Positions 22,478 through 30,475 of a stretch of 64,000 nt of DNA are shown here, piece by piece. The DNA is from Acidobacteriota bacterium. Lineage in GTDB: Bacteria > Acidobacteriota > Thermoanaerobaculia > Multivoradales > J023. A program made the translations under genes and the position numbers. The stretch is from contig JAJCXR010000035.1 of assembly GCA_029263315.1 (NCBI GenBank), positions 375 to 64,374 of the forward strand, in the 5' to 3' direction. Position 1 is the first letter of the stretch. Each line of letters starts with the position of its first letter. Below the pieces are notes generated by a model. The model had not been told where the DNA came from, did not search any database, and was given only the letters and a program-made list of their open reading frames with translations.

Positions 22478-23868
22478 GTCGCATCCTCATCGTCGAAGAC
22501 GATTCTAAGATTCGCGCCAATCTACTCTTTCAGCTGCGAGAGGAAGGTCTGGCCCCCACCGCCGTTGACAGCGCCGAGGGGGCATTGGCGCATTGCGAGA
22601 CATCGACCCCCGACCTCCTGCTCAGCGATGTGCGGTTGCCGGGCATGAGCGGCATCGAGCTGGTCCGTCGTTTGGCGGCCCGCAAGTGCCTACCGCCGAC
22701 CATCATCGTGTCGGGTGAGGCGTCGATCAGCGAGACGGTGGACGCCCTCAAGCTCGGGGTGCACGATTTCATCGAGAAACCTTTCAGCCGGGAGCGCTTG
22801 CTGCAATCGATCCGCAATACCCTGGAGCATGCCGCCCTGCGGCGTGAAGTGGCCGATCTGCGCTCCGAGCTGGCGGCGGAACAGGCGATCCTCGGCGATT
22901 CGCCGGAAATCTGTCATCTGCGGGACCTCATGGCCAAGGCGGCACGCACCGACGCACGGGTGCTGATCCGCGGCGAAAGCGGCACCGGCAAGGAGCTGGT
23001 GGCCAACGCACTACACCGCGACAGCGCCCGCCGGGAGGGGCCGTTCATCAAGATCAACTGCGCCGCAATTCCCGCCCACCTCATCGAAGACGAGCTCTTC
23101 GGCCATGTCAAAGGGGCCTTCACCGATGCCCGCAGCACCAAGCCGGGGCTGTTCGAAGAGGCGGACGGTGGCACCCTCTTTCTCGACGAGATCGGCGATA
23201 TGGAGTACCCCTTGCAGTCCCGGTTGCTGCGGGTCCTGGAAGATGGGCGGGTGCGTCGCATCGGTGATACCAAGGACCACGAGGTCAACGTGCGCGTCCT
23301 AGCCGCCACCCACAGTGCCCTCGAAACCGCGGTGGAAGAAGGGCGGTTCCGCGAAGACCTCTACTTTCGGCTGGCCCACCTGCCCCTCGAGGTTCCCCCC
23401 CTGCGGGAGCGGCAAGGGGATGTGCGTTTGCTCTTCGACCACTTCATCGAGCATTTTTCGCAGCGCCACCGGATGCGTCCACGGCAGGTGGATCCGAGCA
23501 TCTATCCCTTGATCGAGGCCTACCGGTGGTCCGGCAATGTGCGCGAGCTGCGCAACGTCTGTGAGCGTTTGGTGGTGTTCGGAGGCGATCCGCTGACCGC
23601 CGATCAGTTGCCGTCGTCGTTCTTTGGCGACCATTCCGGCGGCGAGACGGGCTTGGTGCGTCTCGGGGAACGGGTGCCCAACCTCTCCCTGCGCGAATTC
23701 AAGAGCCAATGTGAGAAGGAGTACATCGAGCGGGTCCTCCTGCGCACCAACTGGAACGTCTCCGCCGCCGCCCGCCTGCTGGACATCCAGCGCACCTATC
23801 TGCATCAGAAGATCAGCAGCTTGGGAATCCGCAGACCAGGCTTGGTGGGGGTGGAAGGGTCTGCCTAG
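22474..23868 (+). CDS. Sigma54-dependent Fis-family response regulator (NtrC/NtrX-like)
   Basis: Receiver ILIVEDD...LSDVRLPG, GESGTGKE, GAFTDA, FLDEIG, RFREDLYFRL, WSGNVREL, C-terminal HTH. Confidence 0.96.
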   Translation: MSRILIVEDDSKIRANLLFQLREEGLAPTAVDSAEGALAHCETSTPDLLLSDVRLPGMSGIELVRRLAARKCLPPTIIVSGEASISETVDALKLGVHDFIEKPFSRERLLQSIRNTLEHAALRREVADLRSELAAEQAILGDSPEICHLRDLMAKAARTDARVLIRGESGTGKELVANALHRDSARREGPFIKINCAAIPAHLIEDELFGHVKGAFTDARSTKPGLFEEADGGTLFLDEIGDMEYPLQSRLLRVLEDGRVRRIGDTKDHEVNVRVLAATHSALETAVEEGRFREDLYFRLAHLPLEVPPLRERQGDVRLLFDHFIEHFSQRHRMRPRQVDPSIYPLIEAYRWSGNVRELRNVCERLVVFGGDPLTADQLPSSFFGDHSGGETGLVRLGERVPNLSLREFKSQCEKEYIERVLLRTNWNVSAAARLLDIQRTYLHQKISSLGIRRPGLVGVEGSA

Positions 23869-23926
23869 GAACCAAGAAACTGGAGCTGGACGGCGGGTCG
23901 GTCGATGTGATCCAGTGACGCCCAGA

Positions 23927-23945
23927 CGGTGCCAGGCACCTGCGG
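23927..23945. repeat. REP-like element family A (CGGTGCCAGGCACCTGCGG)
   Basis: Palindromic core GGTGCC-A-GGCACC plus TGCGG tail, 10 nt before the prmC start. Confidence 0.75.
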
Positions 23946-23955
23946 GAATTCTCCG

Positions 23956-24816
23956 ATGCACGACTTCATCACCATTGCCGAGCTGCTGACGGACGCCAGG
24001 GAACAGCTACGTCGCCCCAGCTTCGAAATCCCAGGGCGGGAGGCGGCCTTGTTGCTGGGGCACCTCCTAGGATGGAGTGAAGCCCAGGTCAGAGCCCGCA
24101 GCGACCGCAGGGTGGACGACGATCTGGCGAAGCGCTACCGAGGTTGGATCGAGCGCCGCTGTCTGGGTGAGCCGGTGGCCTATTTGCTGGGGGAGCGGGA
24201 GTTTTTCGGACGTACATTTCAGGTCGATGATCGGGTGTTGATCCCACGGCCGGAGACCGAGCACATCGTCGAAATCGCCCTGCAGCTGGCATTGCCCGTC
24301 GGGCCGCAAATCCTCGACATCGGCACCGGCTCCGGCTGTCTGGCCATCACCCTGGCGGCGGAGATACCGGCGGCGAAGGTCGTCGCCACCGATCTTTCCC
24401 CCGGCGCCTTGGCCGTCATGGACCACAATCGAAAGCAGTTAGGTGTTGCCGATCGAGCCCACGGTGTGGTCACCGACCTGGCCTCGGGCCTGCGACTCTC
24501 AGGTTTCGACTTGGTGGTGAGCAATCCACCGTACGTGGCGCGTCACGAGATGGCCTCCATGTCGCCGGAGGTCACGGACTTCGAGCCCCATCTTGCCCTC
24601 TTTGCCCCCGACGCCGGTCGCCGTCTCCTCCTGCGCTTGCTGGAAACAGCTAGCGCCTTGCGCCCGGGCGTTCACCTGTTGATCGAGATCGGCTACGACC
24701 AAGGGGATTGGCTGGAAGGCGCCGTCGCTGGGTATCCACACCTTGAGCTGCTGGCGATCCGCCGTGATCTGAGTGGTATCCCGCGGACGGCGGTATTACG
24801 GCGTCGACCCTTCTGA
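23956..24816 (+). CDS. prmC: Release factor glutamine methyltransferase
   Basis: EPVAYLLGEREFFG, VLIPRPETE, LDIGTGSGCLA, VSNPPY, IEIGYDQ. Confidence 0.96.
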   Translation: MHDFITIAELLTDAREQLRRPSFEIPGREAALLLGHLLGWSEAQVRARSDRRVDDDLAKRYRGWIERRCLGEPVAYLLGEREFFGRTFQVDDRVLIPRPETEHIVEIALQLALPVGPQILDIGTGSGCLAITLAAEIPAAKVVATDLSPGALAVMDHNRKQLGVADRAHGVVTDLASGLRLSGFDLVVSNPPYVARHEMASMSPEVTDFEPHLALFAPDAGRRLLLRLLETASALRPGVHLLIEIGYDQGDWLEGAVAGYPHLELLAIRRDLSGIPRTAVLRRRPF

Positions 24817-25183
24817 TTCGGCGCCAGGCACCTGCGGATCGGGTGCCGTGATTGGACGAGCTGTAGCCTGTCACGAGTGACTGAAGTCACTCGCTGCGGT
24901 GTCTTGTCCTCCGGCGGACCGGAGGACTGCCCTGACCAGAACCTTGGTTTGATTCGGTGCCAGGCACCTGCGGACAAGCACCTGCGACATGGAGCTCCTT
25001 CGAGCCGGCTAGGCGTTGCGTCGCAGCGCGCCTTCGCCTTTACCGGTGCCGGGATGTGCGACGTGCTGCCCCACCATGGGTAGGAACTTGGGGTGCACTG
25101 GGCCAATGGGCTCGGGGGCCGGTACCGGATCGGTGCCAGGCACCTGCGGAGACGGGGCAGATTCGGTGCCAGGCACCTGCGGA
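24815..25183. repeat. Four direct copies of the 24-nt family A repeat GATTCGGTGCCAGGCACCTGCGGA
   Basis: Copies at 24815, 24951, 25127 and 25160; gaps of 112, 152 and 9 nt. Confidence 0.85.
24991..25125 (-). pseudogene. Relic duplicate of the 3' end of the C5 DNA methyltransferase gene
   Basis: About 90% identical (by eye) to 25187-25320; encodes PEPIGPVHPKFLPMVGQHVAHPGTGKGEGALRRNA* vs PEATGPVHPKFLSMVGQHTAHPGTGKGEGALRRNA*. Confidence 0.8.
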
Positions 25184-25204
25184 GCCGGGGCTCCGTCGAG
25201 CTGG

Positions 25205-26437
25205 CTAGGCGTTGCGTCGCAGCGCGCCTTCGCCTTTGCCGGTGCCAGGATGTGCGGTGTGCTGCCCCACCATGGAAAGGAACTTGGGATGCACTGGGCC
25301 GGTGGCCTCGGGGGCTGGCAACGGTGTTCGCGGGGGTGGGATGAGGCTCGGGGTGGTGTCGACTCGATGGCCGAGCAGCTGAGCTCGGATGTGTCGGGCC
25401 AGCACCTCCGCCAAAGCCGATGGCACGGCGTTGCCGGCTTGTTTCTGGGCGCAGCGCAGTGGGCCCACAAGACGGAAGTCGTCGGGAAAGGTTTGCAGGC
25501 GGGCCAGCTCGCCGGCGGAGAGGCGACGGCTTTTCCAGTGGAAGGGGCCGATGGCCGGCCCGGGTTGGGCTTGCAGGGTCCAGGAAGGGCGATCCTTGGC
25601 CAGCTTGAGCAGGAAGCTCCAATAGCGCCGTCGCCAGCCGAAGAGGGGCAAGCCTTCTCCTCGGTCCGTATGATGAAGATAGTTCTCCCCTTCGGGGATC
25701 GAAACCAACAGGTCTGACCACTTACCGCGCATACGCAGCTCAGGATCGTCGTTGTCTTCGAGATCCCCCAAGGCGTCCCAGGCCGTTGTCCTGGGGCTGA
25801 GCCTCGTCCCGGGGTTGAGCGTCCCGCTTGAAGCAGGAGAGTTGCCGTGCGTCGCCGGTGGGAAGACGAAGTCCGTTCCCGAACGACAGCCGATGACGAA
25901 AACCCGTTCCCGGAGCTGCGGCACACCGTAATCCGCGGCGTTCAGCTTCTCGACACCGACCGAGTAGGTGACCCCCCGATCATGGTTGATGGTGTCGATG
26001 GTTCGGAGGATCGAGTCGAGACCTTCGCTCTTCTTCCGGAAGGCCAAGCCGGGCACGTTCTCCAGCAGGAATGCCTTCGGCAAGGTGTCCCGTAGGACAC
26101 GGCAATAGGCGGTCAAGGTGCTGGCCCGAGGGTCTTCCAAACGCAGCGAGTCACCGGCCGACCAATACCCCGCCTTGGAGAACGGTTGGCAGGGGGGCCC
26201 ACCCACCAGGACGTCGGCCTCGCCCTCCTGGAGGTTGGCGGTGGCCAAGATGTCTTCGGAGGTGACGCGATGGATATCGTTGGCGATCACCGGCCACGGG
26301 CGGTTGGCCTGGAGGGTCTGCACGGCATCGCCGTCCATCTCCACCGCCAGGCGGGTATGAAAGCCGGCCGCCTCGAAGCCCAGATCCAGCCCACCGGCGC
26401 CGGTGAACAGACTGATGATGTTGGGTGGGTGACTCAC
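25205..26437 (-). CDS. DNA (cytosine-5)-methyltransferase
   Basis: Motif I LFTGAGG, IV GGPPCQPFS, VI ENV, VIII QLRERVF, X QAGNAVP; GTG start at 26437. Confidence 0.95.
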   Translation of the reverse strand: MSHPPNIISLFTGAGGLDLGFEAAGFHTRLAVEMDGDAVQTLQANRPWPVIANDIHRVTSEDILATANLQEGEADVLVGGPPCQPFSKAGYWSAGDSLRLEDPRASTLTAYCRVLRDTLPKAFLLENVPGLAFRKKSEGLDSILRTIDTINHDRGVTYSVGVEKLNAADYGVPQLRERVFVIGCRSGTDFVFPPATHGNSPASSGTLNPGTRLSPRTTAWDALGDLEDNDDPELRMRGKWSDLLVSIPEGENYLHHTDRGEGLPLFGWRRRYWSFLLKLAKDRPSWTLQAQPGPAIGPFHWKSRRLSAGELARLQTFPDDFRLVGPLRCAQKQAGNAVPSALAEVLARHIRAQLLGHRVDTTPSLIPPPRTPLPAPEATGPVHPKFLSMVGQHTAHPGTGKGEGALRRNA

Positions 26438-26445
26438 GGTGCGCC

Positions 26446-26949
26446 CTAGCCGGCTGCCTGCGTGGCGTCGCCGATCCGAGGCTGTGGATGCTGTCGACGG
26501 TGGTGCATGCTGTCCAAGATATTCAGTATGAGGCCGCAAACCTGGCGCGGGTTACGCCGAATCTCGGACTCCCAGAATCGCAGGACGATCCAGCCTTGGG
26601 CCCGCAGCTCCGCGGCGACGGCGAGGTCCCGCTCCATGTTGCGCTCGATCTTGGCGATCCAATACTCGGCGTTGGTGCCCCGGGAGAGCTTCGCCTTGCG
26701 TTGCGGCCAATCGTTGCCATGCCAAAAGTCGCCGTCGCAGAAGATCGCCAGCTTGGCCTTGGTGAAAACGATATCGGGACGGCCCGGCAGCTCTTGCAGG
26801 TCGACCCGGAAGCGGCAGCCCGCCGCCCACAGCATGCGTCGCAGGAGAAGCTCACAGCGCGTACCCGATTTCTTGCTACAGCTCCTTGCCGCCCGGCTAG
26901 CGCGGGGTGAGGCCGGATGCAGCTCTTTGAAGGATGGGGCGCTTGGCAT
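26446..26949 (-). CDS. vsr: Very short patch repair endonuclease
   Basis: T.CELLLRRMLW, LPGRPDIVF, IFCDGDFWHG, YWIAKIERNMERD, GWIVLRFWESE. Confidence 0.92.
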   Translation of the reverse strand: MPSAPSFKELHPASPRASRAARSCSKKSGTRCELLLRRMLWAAGCRFRVDLQELPGRPDIVFTKAKLAIFCDGDFWHGNDWPQRKAKLSRGTNAEYWIAKIERNMERDLAVAAELRAQGWIVLRFWESEIRRNPRQVCGLILNILDSMHHRRQHPQPRIGDATQAAG

Positions 26950-26971
26950 GGCGATGGGTGAGCTCGGTGGC

Positions 26972-27013
26972 TGAAGTCTTCGATAGTTGAAGTCTTCGAT
27001 GTTCGAAGTCTAG
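26972..27013. repeat. 16-nt period tandem repeat (TGAAGTCTTCGAT...), about 2.5 units
   Basis: GTCTTC at 26976 and 26992, GTCTAG at 27008. Confidence 0.7.
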
Positions 27014-27098
27014 CAGAGGGCTCCGCCGACCCGTCCTGAGCCTCCAGCCGAGGTATCATGACAAGTCCAGACGAACGTATCTCAAGGAGTGGGGTGGT

Positions 27099-29258
27099 TT
27101 GGAGCTCTTCGACCGGTGGTGGGATCGCATCCGATACTCAGACGCTTTTCAGGCCCTGCCGGAAGAGCTGCGGTATCCCCCTGGGCTCTATGTGGTCTTG
27201 GCGGTGGCGGGACTGCTGCTGCTGTGGATTGTCATCGCCCTGGGGCGTCGGCTGTTTGCGCCGCGGCGGGGCGAGGCATCGGCGCGCCGTCAGTTGCGGC
27301 GCGAGATTCGCCAGCTGGAAAAGGCGGAGGACTGGCGAGGGGTTGGCCAACGCTTCGAGCATCTCGGCAAACCGAAGGCGGCGGTCGAAGCCTACCGGCG
27401 AGGCGGTCTGGTGGCCGAGGCGGCGGATCTCTGGGTACGTCTCGGCAAACGCGACCGGGCCAAGGACCTGGCCCGAGAGGGCGAAGCCTGGGCCGTCTAT
27501 GGTGAGCTCTGCGAGGCCGACGGCGAGCTCGGTGAAGCGGCGGCGGCCTTCGAGCGCTGCGATCAAATCTATGCCGCAGCCCGTTGCTATGAAGCGTCGG
27601 GGGAGCGTGAGGAGGCGGCCCGTTGTTACCAGCGTGCCGGCATGGACGCCCGCGCCATCGAGCTGTTGGCCGAAGGGCGAGGCCGTGAAGCGGCGATGAC
27701 CTTGGAGGCGGCGGTGCGCTCGTCGCTGCCGGAGGGTGGTGGCCAGGCCTTGGCTCCAGAGCTGGCGGCGGCGGTGCGGCGGTGTTGCCAGCTGTGGCTC
27801 GAAGAGCAGGAGGCCGAACGGGCCTATCGACTGGCGATGGACAGCGGGCAGTGGGAGATGGTGGTACCCATCGTCCGCGACTTCTTGCCCCCCAGCCTCG
27901 AAACGGCGGAGTCCTGCTTGCGGGCCGAGGCCTTCTTGGCGGCCGCTGAGATCTTCGCCAAGCTGGGCGATGAGCGGCAGGAGGCCTTGGCGCGGGGCGA
28001 GCACCATGCCCGCAGGGAGGAGCCCGAGCCGTCCGCAAGCTGGTGGGAAAGAGCCGAAGAGTGGGGGCCAGCGGCGGAGCAGTGGGCGGCGGCCGGGAAA
28101 CTGGAAAAGGCCGCCAACCTCTTCGAGAAGGCGGGGGATCTGAGGCAAGCGGCGGATCTGCACGGCCGTTGCGGCAACCTGGCCCGCCAACGGGAGCTCC
28201 GGCAACGCCTCGGTCAGGTGGCGAGCCTGACGGACCATCGACGGCTGCCCAAAGACTCCGACGAAGACCCCACCGCCGTCATGTCACCGGACGCCCCTTC
28301 GGTCCAAGTGCCCGCCCCGGTGCCGGCTGCCCCTGTGCCGTCTACACCTGTGCCAACTGCCCCTGTGCGGATAGCCCCGATGCCTGGAACGCCGTCAGCG
28401 ACGCCGACGGTTGCCGAGGCCGGCGGCAGCCCGCCTTCGGTCCTAACCCCTGCCGAGCGGCGCTACGTGTTGATGGAAGAGCTGGGCCGCGGCGGCATGG
28501 GGGTGGTCTACCGAGCGCAAGACCTGATGCTCAAACGCTTCGTCGCCTACAAGATGCTGCCCAAGCAGAGCCTGACCGACGACAACGAGGCGGAGAATCT
28601 GTTGGCGGAGGCGCGGGCCGCGGCCCGCTTATCCCACCCCAATATCGTCCAGGTCTATGACGCCGGGCGCAACGACGCCGGATTTTTTATCGTCATGGAA
28701 TGGGTGCGGGGCAAAGACTTCTCGGCCCTGTTGAGTGAACGCAAGTTGTCGATCGCCGGCGCCATCCGGGTGGGTCGCCAGATCTGTTCCGCTTTGGCCC
28801 ATGCCCACGAGCGGCGTATCATCCATCGCGACCTCAAACCTTCCAATCTCATGTGGACGGCCGAGAAGCAGGTCAAGCTCACCGACTTCGGGCTGGCCAG
28901 GGCCTTCGAGGACTCCATCGGTAAGGTGATGACCCGGCCGGCCGGCACACCCTTCTACATGGCGCCCGAGCAAATCCGAGGCGATGCCGTGGAGCCGCTG
29001 ACGGACATATACTCTTTCGGCTGTGTGCTCTACGAATTGCTGTGCAATAGTGGACCCTTCAGCGAAGGCGGATCGACCATCTACCACCACCTCAACTCGC
29101 CGCCCCGGGATCCCCGCTACCATCGCAAGAAGATCCCGCCGGCTTTGGCATTGTTGGTCATACGATGTCTCGACAAGGAACCCCACAAACGGCCACCGTC
29201 GGCCACCGCGGTGAGCCGAGAGCTGGCCACCATCGGCAAGTCTCTGGCGGCTCCGTAA
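27099..29258 (+). CDS. Hanks-type Ser/Thr kinase: N-terminal TM, helical repeats, C-terminal kinase domain
   Basis: LGRGGMGVVY, VAYKML, HRDLKPSN, DFG, GTPFYMAPE, DIYSFG; repeated AA..FE..G motifs; Pro-rich linker. Confidence 0.9.
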   Translation: MELFDRWWDRIRYSDAFQALPEELRYPPGLYVVLAVAGLLLLWIVIALGRRLFAPRRGEASARRQLRREIRQLEKAEDWRGVGQRFEHLGKPKAAVEAYRRGGLVAEAADLWVRLGKRDRAKDLAREGEAWAVYGELCEADGELGEAAAAFERCDQIYAAARCYEASGEREEAARCYQRAGMDARAIELLAEGRGREAAMTLEAAVRSSLPEGGGQALAPELAAAVRRCCQLWLEEQEAERAYRLAMDSGQWEMVVPIVRDFLPPSLETAESCLRAEAFLAAAEIFAKLGDERQEALARGEHHARREEPEPSASWWERAEEWGPAAEQWAAAGKLEKAANLFEKAGDLRQAADLHGRCGNLARQRELRQRLGQVASLTDHRRLPKDSDEDPTAVMSPDAPSVQVPAPVPAAPVPSTPVPTAPVRIAPMPGTPSATPTVAEAGGSPPSVLTPAERRYVLMEELGRGGMGVVYRAQDLMLKRFVAYKMLPKQSLTDDNEAENLLAEARAAARLSHPNIVQVYDAGRNDAGFFIVMEWVRGKDFSALLSERKLSIAGAIRVGRQICSALAHAHERRIIHRDLKPSNLMWTAEKQVKLTDFGLARAFEDSIGKVMTRPAGTPFYMAPEQIRGDAVEPLTDIYSFGCVLYELLCNSGPFSEGGSTIYHHLNSPPRDPRYHRKKIPPALALLVIRCLDKEPHKRPPSATAVSRELATIGKSLAAP

Positions 29259-29260
29259 CC

Positions 29261-30463
29261 GTGGCTGGCGGTGTATCTAGAGACGACGGCGACTGGCGCC
29301 GGTTGACGGTGCCCCTGGCGGGGGGCTCGGTCGCCCTGCGGTTGCCGTCGAGTCTCTCGGACTCCACCCTGTTTCGCGAGATCGCCAGCCAGGACGTCAT
29401 CCGCAAGAAGCTGCTGGATGCCTTGGAGAAGCTGGAGCGCAGCACCGGCAGCAATCGGGAGCTATTGCTGTGTCCGCGCATGCAGTTGCACGCCACCTCG
29501 CGGGGCTTCCTCTCGATCAGCCACGACCTACGCAGATTCGCCGAGGATCTGGCCTCGTTTCATTCCAGCATCCCAGAATTGGACGAAGCACGGGGCACAG
29601 CCCAAACCTTGTTTCGGGGGCAGCTCGAGCAGGCGATCAACGAGGTGGAGGCATCGCATCAGGAGCTGTTCGAGTCCGACGACGACCTGGCGGAACGGTA
29701 TTTGCCCGAAGAGAAGCTGGTGGCCTTTCGCAAGAAGCTGGCCAAGAGCGCCGGCCGGGTGCGCACGGATTTGCAGAAGATCTTCGCCCATCTCTTGGCG
29801 CGGGACCCCCGCAACATCTTCCGGGCCCAGGGGGCCCGCAGTGAGCAGGAGATCCTTTTCCGCCAGTTCAAGCGGGAGGTGGCGGTCACCGAGCGCCTTT
29901 ACACCGCCGTACGACGGCTCGATACCTACATGCGTGGCGCCATCGTGCCGTCGGATCTGCTGCAATTGGTGGCCGACAAGATCGAGCGCCAAGGCAGTAT
30001 CGCTTGCCTCTTCGATCCCGACTACAAGATGTTCTTTGACGCCCTGGTCGAGGAGGCCCTGGAACGGTTGATTCCAGAGTTGCACGATATCCTCAATCTC
30101 GACGGTATTTGGTACGACGATTTCGAGAATATCGAGTCGAAGTCGCACATGCTGTCCAACGCTTGCCTGGTCTTCAAAGCCCTGCTCACCGAGCGTTGGG
30201 GCCTGCGGCAGGAGATCGAGGTTTCCAGCCTGACGTTCCATGAGTTGCAGGATACGCGGGTCGAGCCCTGGATGCGTTCCATGCTGGAGACCTTCAACAC
30301 CTATCGCCATCGCGAGATCGCCGCCAGCGTACGGCTGCTCGATCAAGTGTTGGTCGATTTGGAGGGTGCCCTCCTGCAGTGGGAGCAGGGCATCACCCGC
30401 CGCGCCTTTGCGCGGGCGGAGTGGCGTCAGGCGGTGCCGTTGCAGCGGCGGGGTGGTAGTTAG
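29261..30463 (+). CDS. Hypothetical protein (about 400 aa, helix-rich), coupled to the kinase
   Basis: Long ORF beginning 2 nt after the kinase stop; no motif recognised. Confidence 0.7.
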   Translation: MAGGVSRDDGDWRRLTVPLAGGSVALRLPSSLSDSTLFREIASQDVIRKKLLDALEKLERSTGSNRELLLCPRMQLHATSRGFLSISHDLRRFAEDLASFHSSIPELDEARGTAQTLFRGQLEQAINEVEASHQELFESDDDLAERYLPEEKLVAFRKKLAKSAGRVRTDLQKIFAHLLARDPRNIFRAQGARSEQEILFRQFKREVAVTERLYTAVRRLDTYMRGAIVPSDLLQLVADKIERQGSIACLFDPDYKMFFDALVEEALERLIPELHDILNLDGIWYDDFENIESKSHMLSNACLVFKALLTERWGLRQEIEVSSLTFHELQDTRVEPWMRSMLETFNTYRHREIAASVRLLDQVLVDLEGALLQWEQGITRRAFARAEWRQAVPLQRRGGS

Positions 30464-30475
30464 CAGCGAGTGACG

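Noticed and set aside
24815-25183. CRISPR array (four 24-nt palindromic direct repeats)
   Set aside because: Gaps are 112, 152 and 9 nt rather than uniform, one gap is a gene relic, isolated copies occur at 23927 and 52450, and there are no cas genes.
25009-25926. ORFs with VPGT/CQAP peptide repeats (25009-25926, 25016-25717, 24693-25721)
   Set aside because: They are translations of the palindromic repeats and of alternative frames of the MTase; not credible proteins.
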